Positions 1 through 10,755 of a stretch of DNA of 64,000 nt are shown one piece after another. Positions within the stretch are counted from its first letter, which is position 1, and each line of letters opens with the position of its first letter. Made by a program: the position numbers and the translations under genes. Source of the stretch: Thermodesulfobacteriota bacterium (GTDB lineage: Bacteria > Desulfobacterota > Binatia > Bin18); assembly GCA_964291405.2 (NCBI GenBank), contig OZ219926.1, positions 672,001 through 736,000 on the forward strand, written 5' to 3'. The notes under the pieces are model-generated. The model searched no databases. It worked only from the letters and a program-made list of their open reading frames with translations, and had not been told where the DNA came from.

Positions 1-28
1 AATCGCAGTGGATTGTAGGAGGTGGCGT

Positions 29-1099
29 GTGATTGTGGAATGCCCTTCCTGCCATACTCGCTATCGGACCGACGTGGCAGGGGTGGTTGATGAAACAACG
101 TTTTTTGAATGTTCGCGGCCAGACTGCGGACATGTTTTCCAGTTTGCCCCGCCGCTTGTCCAAATAGACCACCTTCCAGAACAAGACGTTGATCCAGAAG
201 TCGCACCGTCCGAGGCCCCAGCCGACGATCCTGCCTTTACATCTTCTGGCGATTTCTCCTCTTCCGACACTCTTTCGACACAGCTATCTGCTTCTGATTT
301 GCCCACAGATCAAGACTGGTCGGATAGCCTATCCCCTGATTTGCCCCCGGATAGAGAATCGGAAGCCGCAGATTCAACCAGCTCAGTAAGGTCTGCAAAG
401 CCGAGGACGGGCCACGTCGCGCCCACTCAGTTCACCCCGGCCACGTCGCGAGCGCTTGATACCCGTCCGTCAGCCACAGACTCTTTCTCTCACAAGGACC
501 ACTCTGACGGAGACCGGGTTAAGCAGCCTGCCCACCCAACTCCGACCTCGTACGAGACAGTTTTTTCATCCCGGTTACCCATCCTGCTCCTTGGCCTAAT
601 CGTCGCCGGCTATGCCGGCTTGACCTTTATCGCCTCCTCCTACATAGAGCAGACCGCAGCAGTGTTCTCCCATCTCCCGGTACTCGGCTCCTTACTCGAC
701 GCCGAACGCCCGTCCGCGCGACATATTGCCCTCACAAAAATGCGGGGAGGCTCTTGGCTCACAAAAGACGGACACCAGGTCTTTGCTATTGCAGGCAGGG
801 CAGTGAACCAAGCCACGGCACCTGCACAGCGCATTCAAATCGAGGGCACGCTGCTCGGCGATAGTGGTCAGGTGTTAGGCCAGCGGCTCATTTTCTGCGG
901 AACCGAGACCGCACCAGAAGTGCTCGAAAGTCTCTCCCGTCGGCAGGTGCATATCTTGCAGAGTCTCATGCCGCCCAAGCAGTTCTGGGTCGCAGCAGGA
1001 GAAGGTGTTGATTTTCTGATTGCTTTTACCGATCCGCCCGACCGGGTCGTTGAATTTAGCAGCCGTGTTATCGCGGCTCAATTCGGGCGATCTTCTTAA
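29..1099 (+). CDS. Zinc-ribbon (MJ0042-like) and DUF3426 domain membrane protein
   Basis: GTG at 29 after AGGAGG; N-terminal IVECPSC...CSRPDC zinc ribbon, low-complexity linker, one TM helix, C-terminal beta domain (AIAGRAVN...FLIAF). Confidence 0.75.
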   Translation: MIVECPSCHTRYRTDVAGVVDETTFFECSRPDCGHVFQFAPPLVQIDHLPEQDVDPEVAPSEAPADDPAFTSSGDFSSSDTLSTQLSASDLPTDQDWSDSLSPDLPPDRESEAADSTSSVRSAKPRTGHVAPTQFTPATSRALDTRPSATDSFSHKDHSDGDRVKQPAHPTPTSYETVFSSRLPILLLGLIVAGYAGLTFIASSYIEQTAAVFSHLPVLGSLLDAERPSARHIALTKMRGGSWLTKDGHQVFAIAGRAVNQATAPAQRIQIEGTLLGDSGQVLGQRLIFCGTETAPEVLESLSRRQVHILQSLMPPKQFWVAAGEGVDFLIAFTDPPDRVVEFSSRVIAAQFGRSS

Positions 1100-1293
1100 G
1101 ACTGTTCGTCAGTTCCTTTGCCTGATCCCTGTTCGGGCGTGACATCTATCTCATCGGGATTTTTCACGGCTTTTCGAAAGCTGCGTATGCCCTTGCCGAG
1201 TCCCTCCCCGATCTCCGGCAATTTCCCTGCCCCAAATATGATGAGGACGATAACGAGAATAATAACGAGTTCGCCAACACCGAGACCAAACAT
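1096..1293 (-). CDS. tatA: Twin-arginine translocase TatA/TatE subunit
   Basis: [41 protein letters not shown] is the canonical TatA signature. Confidence 0.95.
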   Translation of the reverse strand: MFGLGVGELVIILVIVLIIFGAGKLPEIGEGLGKGIRSFRKAVKNPDEIDVTPEQGSGKGTDEQS

Positions 1294-1373
1294 GGTGAGC
1301 CCACTATAAGCCGGCCTGCGCTGCCGGGCAAGGCATACGCGTTTCCTTGCGGCCCGTGTCCGAGACAGCTAGA

Positions 1374-2582
1374 ATGCCTCAAATGTCGGCTGCGGTCTTA
1401 ACACCTTCCCCTCCCGCACAGCGTGACCCGCTCGTGCTTTTCCTCCTGTTCTCCCTCCTTCTCCATCTGATCCTGCTCCTGTTGTGGCCTCACTTCAAAC
1501 GCGCCGAAGCACCGCCACAGGAACAATTGACTGCGGTTGAGCTGTTACCGCCGGAGGCGTTCATCCCGCCCCAAGTCGCGCAGGTTCCTCCCCAAATCCA
1601 AGAACCGGAGCCGGCCGAAGAACAGCCCAAAGAAGAACAGCAGCCACCTCCGGCAGTCCCAGAGCAACAGATCGTCAGCGTACCGGATGAGGTCAATGAC
1701 CAAGTTCCGGACAAGACCCGTTTTCTCAGCGACCGAAATACCGCGGTCGAAGAGCAGACCGTCGCAGTCGGGACGCCGCTGACCAAACCGCCCGAAGAAA
1801 AAAAGCAGCCGACGCCGGACAAGGCCGACAAAATACCGCAGCAAGAGCCGACCCAACTGGCCCTCAACACACCAGGGCGCAGTCGGAAACCGCCAGTTGA
1901 CAATCCTCTGGAACAAGCGCTGAAGGATACCAAACACAAGCGTTCACCACTGCAAGGTGACCCCAAAGCGCGCAAAGCCAAGCCCCAACTCTTTGCTCGA
2001 CCGGATGACGTATTGGCAAAAGGCTGGCTGTCAACAGACGGCGAGGCGGAAGATGAAGAAGAAGCCCAGCGCACCCCACCCTCGGGCAACGAACTCCTGG
2101 CCATGGCTCCACCACCAGCCCGCGAAAATTTCCTCACCATGCCGGGACCGCGCGGGACCCTCGACTATCTGCCCGACGTCCGTAAAGGCAATCTCACCTT
2201 TCTCAATACCAAAGCGAGTCGCTTTGCGCCGTTTGTCCGCCGGGTTGCCCAGCGCGTGTTTCAGCATCTCCTGATTCGGCAGCGACGCAATCTCCAGGTT
2301 GACGATGTCGTGGCCGCCCGCAACTACGTGCAACTCCAGGCCAAGCTGGACGACAAGGGGGTGCTGCGCGGCGTGACCCTGCATACGCGCTCAGGGAGTT
2401 ACGCCGTTGACGAGAGCCTGTTGGACGCCTGCCAGCAGGGGGCGTGGGACGAAAACCCGCCGCCGGAGGCCAAATCCGAAGACGGGTTTTATTACTTTAT
2501 TTTCCGCTCACGCATCAACGCCCGTTTCGATGCCACCGGTCTACGTGGCATACTCACCTACCTGGAAGTCGGCCTCGTCTGA
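1374..2582 (+). CDS. TonB-family energy transducer-like protein
   Basis: N-terminal TM with SLLLH motif, long Pro/Glu/Lys-rich spacer, C-terminal TonB_C-like domain (RSGSYAVDESLLDAC). Start uncertain (1374 or 1383). Confidence 0.7.
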   Translation: MPQMSAAVLTPSPPAQRDPLVLFLLFSLLLHLILLLLWPHFKRAEAPPQEQLTAVELLPPEAFIPPQVAQVPPQIQEPEPAEEQPKEEQQPPPAVPEQQIVSVPDEVNDQVPDKTRFLSDRNTAVEEQTVAVGTPLTKPPEEKKQPTPDKADKIPQQEPTQLALNTPGRSRKPPVDNPLEQALKDTKHKRSPLQGDPKARKAKPQLFARPDDVLAKGWLSTDGEAEDEEEAQRTPPSGNELLAMAPPPARENFLTMPGPRGTLDYLPDVRKGNLTFLNTKASRFAPFVRRVAQRVFQHLLIRQRRNLQVDDVVAARNYVQLQAKLDDKGVLRGVTLHTRSGSYAVDESLLDACQQGAWDENPPPEAKSEDGFYYFIFRSRINARFDATGLRGILTYLEVGLV

Positions 2583-2672
2583 CTTCTGAACGATGATGAG
2601 CCTGCTTGCAAAAACCGGTGGGACTGCTAGCGTTGGGAGGTTCGCAGCCGTGCACGCCAGCCGCTATTATTT

Positions 2673-2726
<54 letters not shown>

Positions 2727-2745
<19 letters not shown>

Positions 2746-3194
2746 CTTTTCCCCTCTCGCAGATAAGAACGCAACCAGCCGTCCCGGATTCCTTGGGCGA
2801 CAAAGCTGGAAACTGATTGGCCTGTAATGCGGTCGAATTCAATCACATGGCCGTGCTTGGTCTGCCGCAGACAGGCATGTTCCTGATCTTCCTCAAACCC
2901 CAACCGCGTGAGCAAGTCCTGAATTGAGGCAAAGTGCAGCATCTCAGCTTCGGACAGGCGTAATAACACCCCTGTAGGCGTATCAACGCGGACCAAGCGC
3001 GACAGGGTTTCAACGTCATACCAGCCACGGAACTGTGCCTGCTCCCATTGAATGGCCACCACGTCCATCCCGACCGAGATTTCAATCACCTCACCCGCGT
3101 CCGGCCCCTCAACCCGAAACCCTCCACCTAAATCTAGGATGGACCCTTCACGAAGAGCCACATGGTCTCCAATATCAAGAATAAAGGCTGCCAT
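2727..3194 (-). CDS. Hypothetical protein overlapping the tRNA-Ala 3' end
   Basis: ORF from ATG 3194 (MAAFILDIGDHV...), globular-looking composition; stop codon lies in the tRNA T arm. Confidence 0.5.
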
Positions 3195-3358
3195 ACGCTT
3201 TGGATCGGAACCGTTCTCAGGCGGTTCTCCCCTACTTCGTGTGTTCTTACATAGCACGCTGTACTGGAACGAGAACACCGCTCCATCTTCTCCAGGTCGT
3301 AGGCCCTATGCTATGGAGAGAGATATCGAAATCGATCAGAGATAAGGAGACTCGTATT

Positions 3359-4891
3359 ATGGCAGTCAAACACCCGACCATTGATGACCTCGCAGATATT
3401 GCAACCGGCTATGGCTTGGAACTGACCGATGAAGACCTGAAATCGTTTCAGGGGCTCATGGGTGGAGTTCTGGAATCCTACGCCCGACTGGATGAGCTTA
3501 CCGAGCCGAGCCTGCCGGTCTCCTATCCGCGGACGCCGGGCTATCGGCCCCAACCGGAAGACAATCCGCTCGGGGCCTGGTACTGGCGGACGGACATAAA
3601 GGGCGCAGCCTCAGGGCCGCTGGCGGGGAAAACTCTGGCCATCAAGGACAACGTCTGTGTCGCCGGCGTCCCCATGATGAACGGTAGCAACATCCTCGAA
3701 GGCTACACCCCGGAAATCGATGCCACCATTGTGACACGCATTCTTGATGCCGGCGGACATATTGTGGGTAAGGCGGTGTGTGAGAATCTGTGCTTCTCCG
3801 GCGGCAGCCATACCAATGCCACCGGTCCGGTGCTCAACCCGCACAATCACAGCCGCACAACGGGGGGATCTTCGTGCGGTAGCGGGGCGTTGGTCGCGGC
3901 TGGCGTGGTCGATATGGCGATTGGCGGCGACCAGGGTGGCTCGATTCGCATGCCGTCCTCGTGGTGCGGCATCTATGGGCATAAACCAACCTATGGCCTG
4001 GTTCCGTATACCGGCATCATGCCGATTGAAATCACGCTTGATCATACCGGGCCGATGACGCGTAGCGTGCACGATGCGGCTCTCCTACTTGAGGTGTTGG
4101 CCGGTCCGGACGGACTAGACCCGCGCCAGCAGGCCGGGCTCCAGGGCCAAGTCTATACCCAGGCGCTCAGCGGAGATGTCAGCGGGCTGCGGATTGGCGT
4201 GGTGGAGGAAGGCTTTGGCTGGGACGTGTCAGAACCGGACGTAGACGACAGTGTCCGAGAGGCGGCTCAGGCGTTTGAGAAGCTCGGGGCTGCGGTCACA
4301 ACCGTGTCCTTGCCCTGGCACCGCGATGGCCGGCATGTCTGGAACAGCATTGCCACCGAAGGCCCGACCCTGCTGATGGTTGAAGGGGGTGGCATGGGGA
4401 CAAATTGGAAGGGGCATTATACCACTAGCCTGCTTGATGCTGCGGCACGCGGGCGGCTCACCCGCCCGAACGACCTGTCGGAAACCGTCAAAATGGTCAT
4501 CCTGCTCGGCCGCTATATGCAGGAACACTATCATGGCCATTATTATGCCAGGGCCCAGAACATGGCCCGCGCTCTGGGAGCGGCATACGATGCCGCCCTG
4601 CAAGAGCATGACCTGCTGCTCATGCCCACCCTACCGATGAAAGCCACCGAAATTCCCGGACCTGACGCCAGTCGCGAAGAGTATGTGCAGCGTGCGCTCG
4701 AAATGCTGCACAATACCTGTCCGTTTGACGTGACCGGTCACCCTGCGTTGACGGCTCCCTGTGCGGTCTCGGAAGGCTTGCCGGTAGGCATGATGCTGAT
4801 CGGCCGACACGGTGATGACGCCACCGTCTTACGCGCCGCGGACGCATTCGAGAAAAACGTGTTTGCCGCGCCCACCCCACCGCAGGCGTAA
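3359..4891 (+). CDS. Amidase signature family protein
   Basis: AAGGAGA RBS; catalytic K in AIKD, GGSSCGS and GGDQGGSIRMP amidase signature. Confidence 0.93.
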   Translation: MAVKHPTIDDLADIATGYGLELTDEDLKSFQGLMGGVLESYARLDELTEPSLPVSYPRTPGYRPQPEDNPLGAWYWRTDIKGAASGPLAGKTLAIKDNVCVAGVPMMNGSNILEGYTPEIDATIVTRILDAGGHIVGKAVCENLCFSGGSHTNATGPVLNPHNHSRTTGGSSCGSGALVAAGVVDMAIGGDQGGSIRMPSSWCGIYGHKPTYGLVPYTGIMPIEITLDHTGPMTRSVHDAALLLEVLAGPDGLDPRQQAGLQGQVYTQALSGDVSGLRIGVVEEGFGWDVSEPDVDDSVREAAQAFEKLGAAVTTVSLPWHRDGRHVWNSIATEGPTLLMVEGGGMGTNWKGHYTTSLLDAAARGRLTRPNDLSETVKMVILLGRYMQEHYHGHYYARAQNMARALGAAYDAALQEHDLLLMPTLPMKATEIPGPDASREEYVQRALEMLHNTCPFDVTGHPALTAPCAVSEGLPVGMMLIGRHGDDATVLRAADAFEKNVFAAPTPPQA

Positions 4892-4893
4892 AA

Positions 4894-5706
4894 ATGCTTA
4901 CAGTGGCCGCGCTCTATATCTATCCCGTGAAGTCGTGCGCGGGGGTCCGCTGTGCGCAGGCCACGCTCGACGCGCGCGGACTCCGGCACGACCGCGGCTG
5001 GATGATCGTTGATGGACACGATGAGTTCGTGACCCAGCGCGAGCATCCCCGCTTGGCCCTGATCACCCCCCAGCTTGAGGCCGACACATTGCACCTCTCA
5101 ACCCCCGATGGACAGGCTGTCTCGGTACCAACGACAGGTGTCGTCGGGCCAACGCGCCGTGTGCGGGTATGGCGAGATTGGTGTGAAGCGGTCGATCAAG
5201 GCGACACAGCGGCCCAGTTTTTCTCCGACTGGTTGGATGAATCCGTCCGGTTGGTCAAAATGACCGACTCCTTCGAGCGCCACGTGGACTCGCGCTATAC
5301 AAAAACCCCGGCACTCACCGGCTTCTCCGATGGCTATCCGCTGCTGCTGGTCTCGCAAGCGTCCTTGGACGACCTCAACACCCGGCTCGACACGCCGCTG
5401 CCCATGAACCGTTTCCGTCCCAACTTGGTGGTCACCGGCTGCGACCGGTATGCCGAGGACGGTTGGCAGCAGGTACAGATCAACGCCATCACCTTTGACA
5501 TCGCAAAACCGTGTGAGCGGTGTACGGTCACCACCACCGACCAAGCGACGGGCGAACGCAGCGTCGAACCGCTACGTACCCTGGCGACCTATCGGCGGTT
5601 CGGTACAAAAGTCTATTTTGGGCAGAACATCATTCACAGGACGGCAGGCACTCTTGCGGTGGGGGAGTCAGTCAAGGTTATGCTCAGAGAACAACCACGT
5701 TCGTGA
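4894..5706 (+). CDS. MOSC domain protein (YcbX/mARC-like)
   Basis: LYIYPVKSC, DRGWMIVD, FSDGYPLL, RFRPNLVV and PCERC motifs. Confidence 0.92.
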   Translation: MLTVAALYIYPVKSCAGVRCAQATLDARGLRHDRGWMIVDGHDEFVTQREHPRLALITPQLEADTLHLSTPDGQAVSVPTTGVVGPTRRVRVWRDWCEAVDQGDTAAQFFSDWLDESVRLVKMTDSFERHVDSRYTKTPALTGFSDGYPLLLVSQASLDDLNTRLDTPLPMNRFRPNLVVTGCDRYAEDGWQQVQINAITFDIAKPCERCTVTTTDQATGERSVEPLRTLATYRRFGTKVYFGQNIIHRTAGTLAVGESVKVMLREQPRS

Positions 5707-5721
5707 CGGGGGGAGGACTCC

Positions 5722-6669
5722 ATGCTCGTAGACGGCAAATGGGAAGATGACTGGCAGATGAAAAAACGCACGGACACTCAGGGCCGCTTTGTCCGTCAGG
5801 AATCGACGTTTCGGCACTGGGTCACCCCGGACGGTGCGCCCGGTCCGACCGGAGACGGCGGCTTTCGGGCGGAGCCGGGCCGCTATCACCTGTATATTGC
5901 CTACAATTGCCCGTGGGCCTGCCGGGCTCTGCTCTACCGTAAGCTGAAGAAACTGGAGGATGTCATCTCCCTGTCGGTCGCTATCCCGGAATTCACCGAC
6001 CAGGGCTATAGCTTTGGGAAATACCCGGACTCCATTCCCGACCCGCTTTTCAATATCCGCTACGTCCACGAACTCTATACCCGCGCCGACCCCCATTTTA
6101 CCGGCCGTCCGACCGTTCCGGTGCTGTGGGATAAGCAGCGGAACACAATGGTCAATAATGAATCGGCTGACATTATCCGCATGTTCAACGCCGCCTTTGA
6201 CGCCTATGGGGACGCCTCAGTCGATTTTTATCCTGTAGACTTACGGCCCGAGATTGACGCCCTGAACGAGCGGATATACGAGGGCCTCAACAACGGCGTC
6301 TACCGGACCGGATTTGCCGTGAGCCAAGCGGCGTATGAGTCGGCCGTGACCGATGTGTTCACCTGCTTGGACGAACTGGAGCAACGGCTGGAGGGGCAGC
6401 CCTATCTCCTTGGCGAGCGGCTCACCGAAACGGATTGGCGGGCGTTTGTGACCCTGGTTCGCTTTGACATCGCCTACCACGGCCTCTTCAAGTGCAACCT
6501 CCGCCGCATTATCGACTACCCCAATCTATCGGCCTATCTCAAACGGCTGTACGACCTGCCCGGCGTAGCCGAGACAGTGAATTTCGAGCACATCAAACGG
6601 ACATATTATACCATTCGGAGAGTGAACCCCAGCGGCATTATCCCCAAAGGGCCGGAGCGGGTGTTTTAG
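5722..6669 (+). CDS. Glutathionyl-hydroquinone reductase (YqjG/ECM4-like GST)
   Basis: GRYHLY...CPWA, TVPVLWDK, NNESADI, NNGVYRTGFA, NPSGIIPKGP motifs. Confidence 0.93.
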   Translation: MLVDGKWEDDWQMKKRTDTQGRFVRQESTFRHWVTPDGAPGPTGDGGFRAEPGRYHLYIAYNCPWACRALLYRKLKKLEDVISLSVAIPEFTDQGYSFGKYPDSIPDPLFNIRYVHELYTRADPHFTGRPTVPVLWDKQRNTMVNNESADIIRMFNAAFDAYGDASVDFYPVDLRPEIDALNERIYEGLNNGVYRTGFAVSQAAYESAVTDVFTCLDELEQRLEGQPYLLGERLTETDWRAFVTLVRFDIAYHGLFKCNLRRIIDYPNLSAYLKRLYDLPGVAETVNFEHIKRTYYTIRRVNPSGIIPKGPERVF

Positions 6670-6673
6670 GAAG

Positions 6674-6717
6674 AAGGGATTAGGTACTGGGAATTGGGGG
6701 TTAGCCCTAATCCCCTT
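6674..6717. terminator. Hairpin between convergent genes, containing heptamer-like repeats
   Basis: GGGATTAGG (6676-6684) pairs with CCTAATCCC (6706-6714); lies between two convergent stop codons; no strong U tract. Confidence 0.35.
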
Positions 6718-7753
6718 ACACTCGTTCCAATGACGGCTCGGCAATTTTTAACAATTGCTTACCCTGATTCTTGCCTTCAAACAGCCGCAGAAACGTGCGT
6801 GGCGCGTTTTCAAATCCCTCTTGGATGTCCTCCTGAAAGGTCAACTGGCCACTGGTAATCCACTCCGTCAACTCTTGGGCCGCCTGCCCAAACCGGGCAG
6901 CATAGTCAATGACAATAAAGCCTTCCATCCGCGCCCGCTGGATCACCAGATTCATATAATTTTTCGGTCCTGGCGGCGGGGTGGCCTCGTTGTAGCGCGA
7001 AATGCCGCCACACAGCACCACGTGTGCGTTGAGCGCAATATGCGCCAGCGCCGCATCCAGGATGTCCCCACCAACATTGTCAAAATACAGATGGATGCCG
7101 TCCGGGCACAACGCGCCGAGCCGCGCTTCCACGTCTTCGGTCTTGTAATCGATGGCCGCGTCATAGCGGGCCTCTTCGGTCAGCCAGCGACATTTTTCCG
7201 GTCCACCGGCAATCCCGATGACCCGACAGCCCTTGAGCTTGGCAATCTGCCCGGCAATCGAGCCGGTTGCCCCGGCCGCGCCCGATACCACGCAGGTCTC
7301 GCCAGCTTTGGGCTGCCCGACATCTAGAATGCCAAAATACGCGGTCAGACCCGTCACCCCAAGGACACCCAATGGCCAAGTTAATGAAGCGTCGACCGGA
7401 ATCTTTGTCGGCGGCATCAGACCACCCCGTTCACTGGCCGCCGCATACTCCTGCCAGCCGAAGCCGCCCTGTACGCACTCACCCGTCCGAAAATTCGGAT
7501 GGCGCGACTCAACGACCTGGCCCACACTCAGAGCCCGCATGACCTCACCAATCTGTACCGGCGGGATATAGCTCTTGCGGTCTTCGATCCAGCCGCGCAT
7601 GGCCGGCTCGAAGGCGAGGTACAGATTACGGACCAGAAACTGACCGTCCTCAAGCTGGGGCATCTCGGCTTCGTGATAGGCAAAGTCCGCTTCCTTGACC
7701 ATGCCCTGCGGACGGCAGGCCAAACGCCACTGTCGATTGATATGCTGGCTCAC
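6716..7753 (-). CDS. NADP-dependent oxidoreductase (CurA/prostaglandin reductase-like MDR)
   Basis: GTG 7753 after GGAAGGAG; NRQWRLACRPQG, GLTAYFG, VSGAAGATGS, YFDNVGG motifs. Confidence 0.93.
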   Translation of the reverse strand: MSQHINRQWRLACRPQGMVKEADFAYHEAEMPQLEDGQFLVRNLYLAFEPAMRGWIEDRKSYIPPVQIGEVMRALSVGQVVESRHPNFRTGECVQGGFGWQEYAAASERGGLMPPTKIPVDASLTWPLGVLGVTGLTAYFGILDVGQPKAGETCVVSGAAGATGSIAGQIAKLKGCRVIGIAGGPEKCRWLTEEARYDAAIDYKTEDVEARLGALCPDGIHLYFDNVGGDILDAALAHIALNAHVVLCGGISRYNEATPPPGPKNYMNLVIQRARMEGFIVIDYAARFGQAAQELTEWITSGQLTFQEDIQEGFENAPRTFLRLFEGKNQGKQLLKIAEPSLERV

Positions 7754-7975
7754 GAATACTCTCCTTCCAGACTCATCATCTTCCTGCCACACCATAGCAT
7801 TACGGTCATGGACCCGGCTATGGCGGGACGATAAAGTCCCAGGCGTACCCGCCGACAGACCGAGTTGTCCCCCTGCTCGACTTGGCTTACAATCGGGACA
7901 ATGCCTCCACCACTCTACGAGACGGAGGAGTGGAAACATGGAGCGAAAACCGATTGCAAACAGAAACGAGAAAGG

Positions 7976-8878
7976 ATGATGCGCATGGTTGTGCTTTATG
8001 TGTGTCTCTCGCTATTCCTCCTGAGTCTGCCGGCATGCAGTAAGAGCCTTATTCCAAAACTCTCAGGCTCAGACAAATCGGCTTCAACCACACCACTCGC
8101 AGAAGAGGGGAAGGTCGATGCGGACTCTCAGACCGCCCACTTTTCAGTGCCGCCGCAACAACTGGCGGCCCTGTTGATTAAGACGGCCAAGGACGAGGGT
8201 TGGGCGCCCAAGCAAAAGGCGGTTGAAAACGATGAGCGCTGGGTGGTAACCATTCGCGACCCGGACAAACCGCTCGGCAAGTCAGAACAGAACGTCTTTA
8301 TTGAAAGCAATTCCGATAGTGGCAGCATCATTCGGGTTGGCTCCGGCATGGCGTCGCTACCCGAGCGCTTACTGACACCGCTCAAAGCTAACGTGACGAC
8401 CTATTATGAGCCACCCAAACAGGTGGCGCAGACACCAGCGGCGACGGGGGAGCGGGACTATTCCGATAGAAAGTCTGCGGCCGATGTGGTGGTCACGGCC
8501 GGGACGCCAATGCGGCCCTACCGGAAACTCGGGAAAGTCCGGTCAAGCGTGCAGCGTAATGAGAAAACCCTCTCCCAGAAAATCTGGGACGCGCCGATGT
8601 CTCTGATTCGAGACGCCGACGAGGAGAGCACCAGCAAGACTCGTCTGTTCAATAAACTCAGTTCCAATGCGATACGCAAATACGGCAGCCAGGTCGATGC
8701 CATCATCAAAGCTCGCTACAAAGCACGCACGGACGGCAGTGCCTTTGCGTCGGGACTGGCGGTGCAGTACGTCGCAACTGAAGAGCGCTTGGAAGAGATC
8801 GAACGGCTGCATGAAAAAGGCTACCTGACCGACGCCGAGTACGAGGACAAACGGGCGAAAATTCTGCAAGGGCTCTAA
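7976..8878 (+). CDS. Putative lipoprotein with C-terminal SHOCT domain
   Basis: Signal peptide with LPAC lipobox; C-terminal RLEEIERLHEKGYLTDAEYEDKRAKIL matches the SHOCT pattern. Confidence 0.7.
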   Translation: MMRMVVLYVCLSLFLLSLPACSKSLIPKLSGSDKSASTTPLAEEGKVDADSQTAHFSVPPQQLAALLIKTAKDEGWAPKQKAVENDERWVVTIRDPDKPLGKSEQNVFIESNSDSGSIIRVGSGMASLPERLLTPLKANVTTYYEPPKQVAQTPAATGERDYSDRKSAADVVVTAGTPMRPYRKLGKVRSSVQRNEKTLSQKIWDAPMSLIRDADEESTSKTRLFNKLSSNAIRKYGSQVDAIIKARYKARTDGSAFASGLAVQYVATEERLEEIERLHEKGYLTDAEYEDKRAKILQGL

Positions 8879-8919
8879 ATCCTGCTCCGGGAGTGCGGGC
8901 GTCTCGACCGCGTCCGTCT

Positions 8920-9912
8920 TCACTTCACCACAATGGGATTAATCGGCGAGCCGGCAGCGCCGACAATCTTGAGCGGCGTACAGGCGTAGAGAAAAGCATA
9001 CTGTCCGTCTTCCGCACAATCGGCGGCCAGATCTTCGAGCCAGTTGATTTCGCTGAACAGGACACCGAGATTGCGCATGAGTGCTCCGTGGAGCGGTACA
9101 AAGCAGCCAGACTCGGGGTGAGACGTTTGCTCGCTTGCCAGGGTATCACTACCCAGGCTGGGGATTTCCATCTCGTGAAACCAGTTCACCAGTTCGGGAC
9201 TGTACGCAATCCCCGGTTCACTCATGGCCTGGACAGCCGTATCGGGCGAGTCGTCTGTCGCGTTTTCACCGTAATAGGCCGCCGGTCCTTCGGTAAAAAA
9301 GCGATTCAGCCAGCCGGTCCGAATCAGGAGAACATCGTGTTTTTCTATGGTCAACTTTTGATGTTCGGCCGTCTGCCGCAACTCGTCTAAACTGATACCA
9401 TACCCGGCAGGTAGATGGGGTAAGTCTTTGTAGCGAGCCACATCGAGCAATACACCACGACCGACCACGCCGCGTTCCGCCACGGGTAGAATGCTGTCTT
9501 TACTGAGTCCGCCACCCATGGTCGTTCTGGCGTCATAGCCGTTATAGAGTTTATCATCGAACCAGACGTGGCCCAGTGCATCATACTGCGTCGTGGCCTG
9601 GAGATTGGTCATCATGACGTCATCGGCGTACTCGATCCCACCCGGGAACGGCTGGGCCTTTCCACTCAGATAGTGGCCCTTGTCCATGACCATCATCCGG
9701 CTCGGCTGGCTGCGGCCCTTGTAGCCGGGGTCGCCGTCGGGATGGCACATCCGCACCTGGAGGGTAAAGACTTTGCCGCTTTGAACAGCTTTCACCCCGC
9801 GCAATACTTCCGCTTGGGTCAGAAAATTCAGAGAACCGAGTTCATCGTCGGCACCCCAGCGTCCCCAGTTTTTGGGCGCGTCTTTTAAGAGTTCTGTCAG
9901 CGTTTGAGCCAT
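8920..9912 (-). CDS. Cyclase family (kynurenine formamidase-like) metal-dependent hydrolase
   Basis: NWGRWGADDELGSLNFLT, TQYDALGH, GRGVLLD, LLIRTGW, GSPINP motifs. Confidence 0.9.
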   Translation of the reverse strand: MAQTLTELLKDAPKNWGRWGADDELGSLNFLTQAEVLRGVKAVQSGKVFTLQVRMCHPDGDPGYKGRSQPSRMMVMDKGHYLSGKAQPFPGGIEYADDVMMTNLQATTQYDALGHVWFDDKLYNGYDARTTMGGGLSKDSILPVAERGVVGRGVLLDVARYKDLPHLPAGYGISLDELRQTAEHQKLTIEKHDVLLIRTGWLNRFFTEGPAAYYGENATDDSPDTAVQAMSEPGIAYSPELVNWFHEMEIPSLGSDTLASEQTSHPESGCFVPLHGALMRNLGVLFSEINWLEDLAADCAEDGQYAFLYACTPLKIVGAAGSPINPIVVK

Positions 9913-10095
9913 GCCTGCCTCCTTCTGAAAGAATTGAAGGGACGGATAACAAACCTCAGATACTCAGACAAGTATTGATTCGACCCGTACCGCCTTATCC
10001 GCCGGTCGCGTCTTTCTATCCGTATCGTCCCCGCTGGAACGTCGCTGCCGTTCCTGGCAAAAAGGAGGTAAGAATACCGAAACGGTTTCAGACAC

Positions 10096-10740
10096 GTGAC
10101 TCATAGACCGAACATCTGTCGATTGCGGGCCCTGTTTTTTTCTCTTGTTATTGGCGTGGCACTCTGTAGCAGTCCCGATGCTGCCGCCGAGTCAGACGGT
10201 TCGCCAGCACCCAGCCAGGAGAGCTTTAGCCTCGTGGACGAGGGCGGCAATTCGCCGAGCGACCTGGGTCTGGACCCGCATATCGACCCGCCCCAAGTCG
10301 GCCTCGACCCAACGGCTATAGTCACCGCCCACAACGTTCTCGGACTAGTGTTTCAGCAGTCAGCCGCCACCCGACAACTCTGGTTCCTCTTTGCCGGAGT
10401 TGGGTTGGGACTGCTGATTTTTTCTACCGTCCTCGTCCGGCTTGCTGATCGAACCTGGACCGTCACCGTTCTCTTGGCGTCCTGGGCACTGGCCTTCAGC
10501 GTGTTCGCCTATCTACACTGGACCGCCCTGGACACGGTTCAGCAGCAGCACCTCCTCCTGATACGGCTGGTCCAGTATGCGGCGGACCAGGCTTCCGCGC
10601 CGGACTTTCTTGTCCCTCTGGCGGCCACAATCCAACCCCTTTCCCGAGAGCTGTTGGCTGCCGCGCATCTCTGCCTGGACATCCTGGTCTTGGGGACAAT
10701 GCTGCTCCTGTGGCGAAACGGGAGACCGGACAGCCCATAA
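10096..10740 (+). CDS. Hypothetical membrane protein
   Basis: Signal-like N terminus plus about three hydrophobic helices; fills the gap between neighbours. Confidence 0.5.
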   Translation: MTHRPNICRLRALFFSLVIGVALCSSPDAAAESDGSPAPSQESFSLVDEGGNSPSDLGLDPHIDPPQVGLDPTAIVTAHNVLGLVFQQSAATRQLWFLFAGVGLGLLIFSTVLVRLADRTWTVTVLLASWALAFSVFAYLHWTALDTVQQQHLLLIRLVQYAADQASAPDFLVPLAATIQPLSRELLAAAHLCLDILVLGTMLLLWRNGRPDSP

Positions 10741-10755
10741 TCGATTCGTTGGGAC

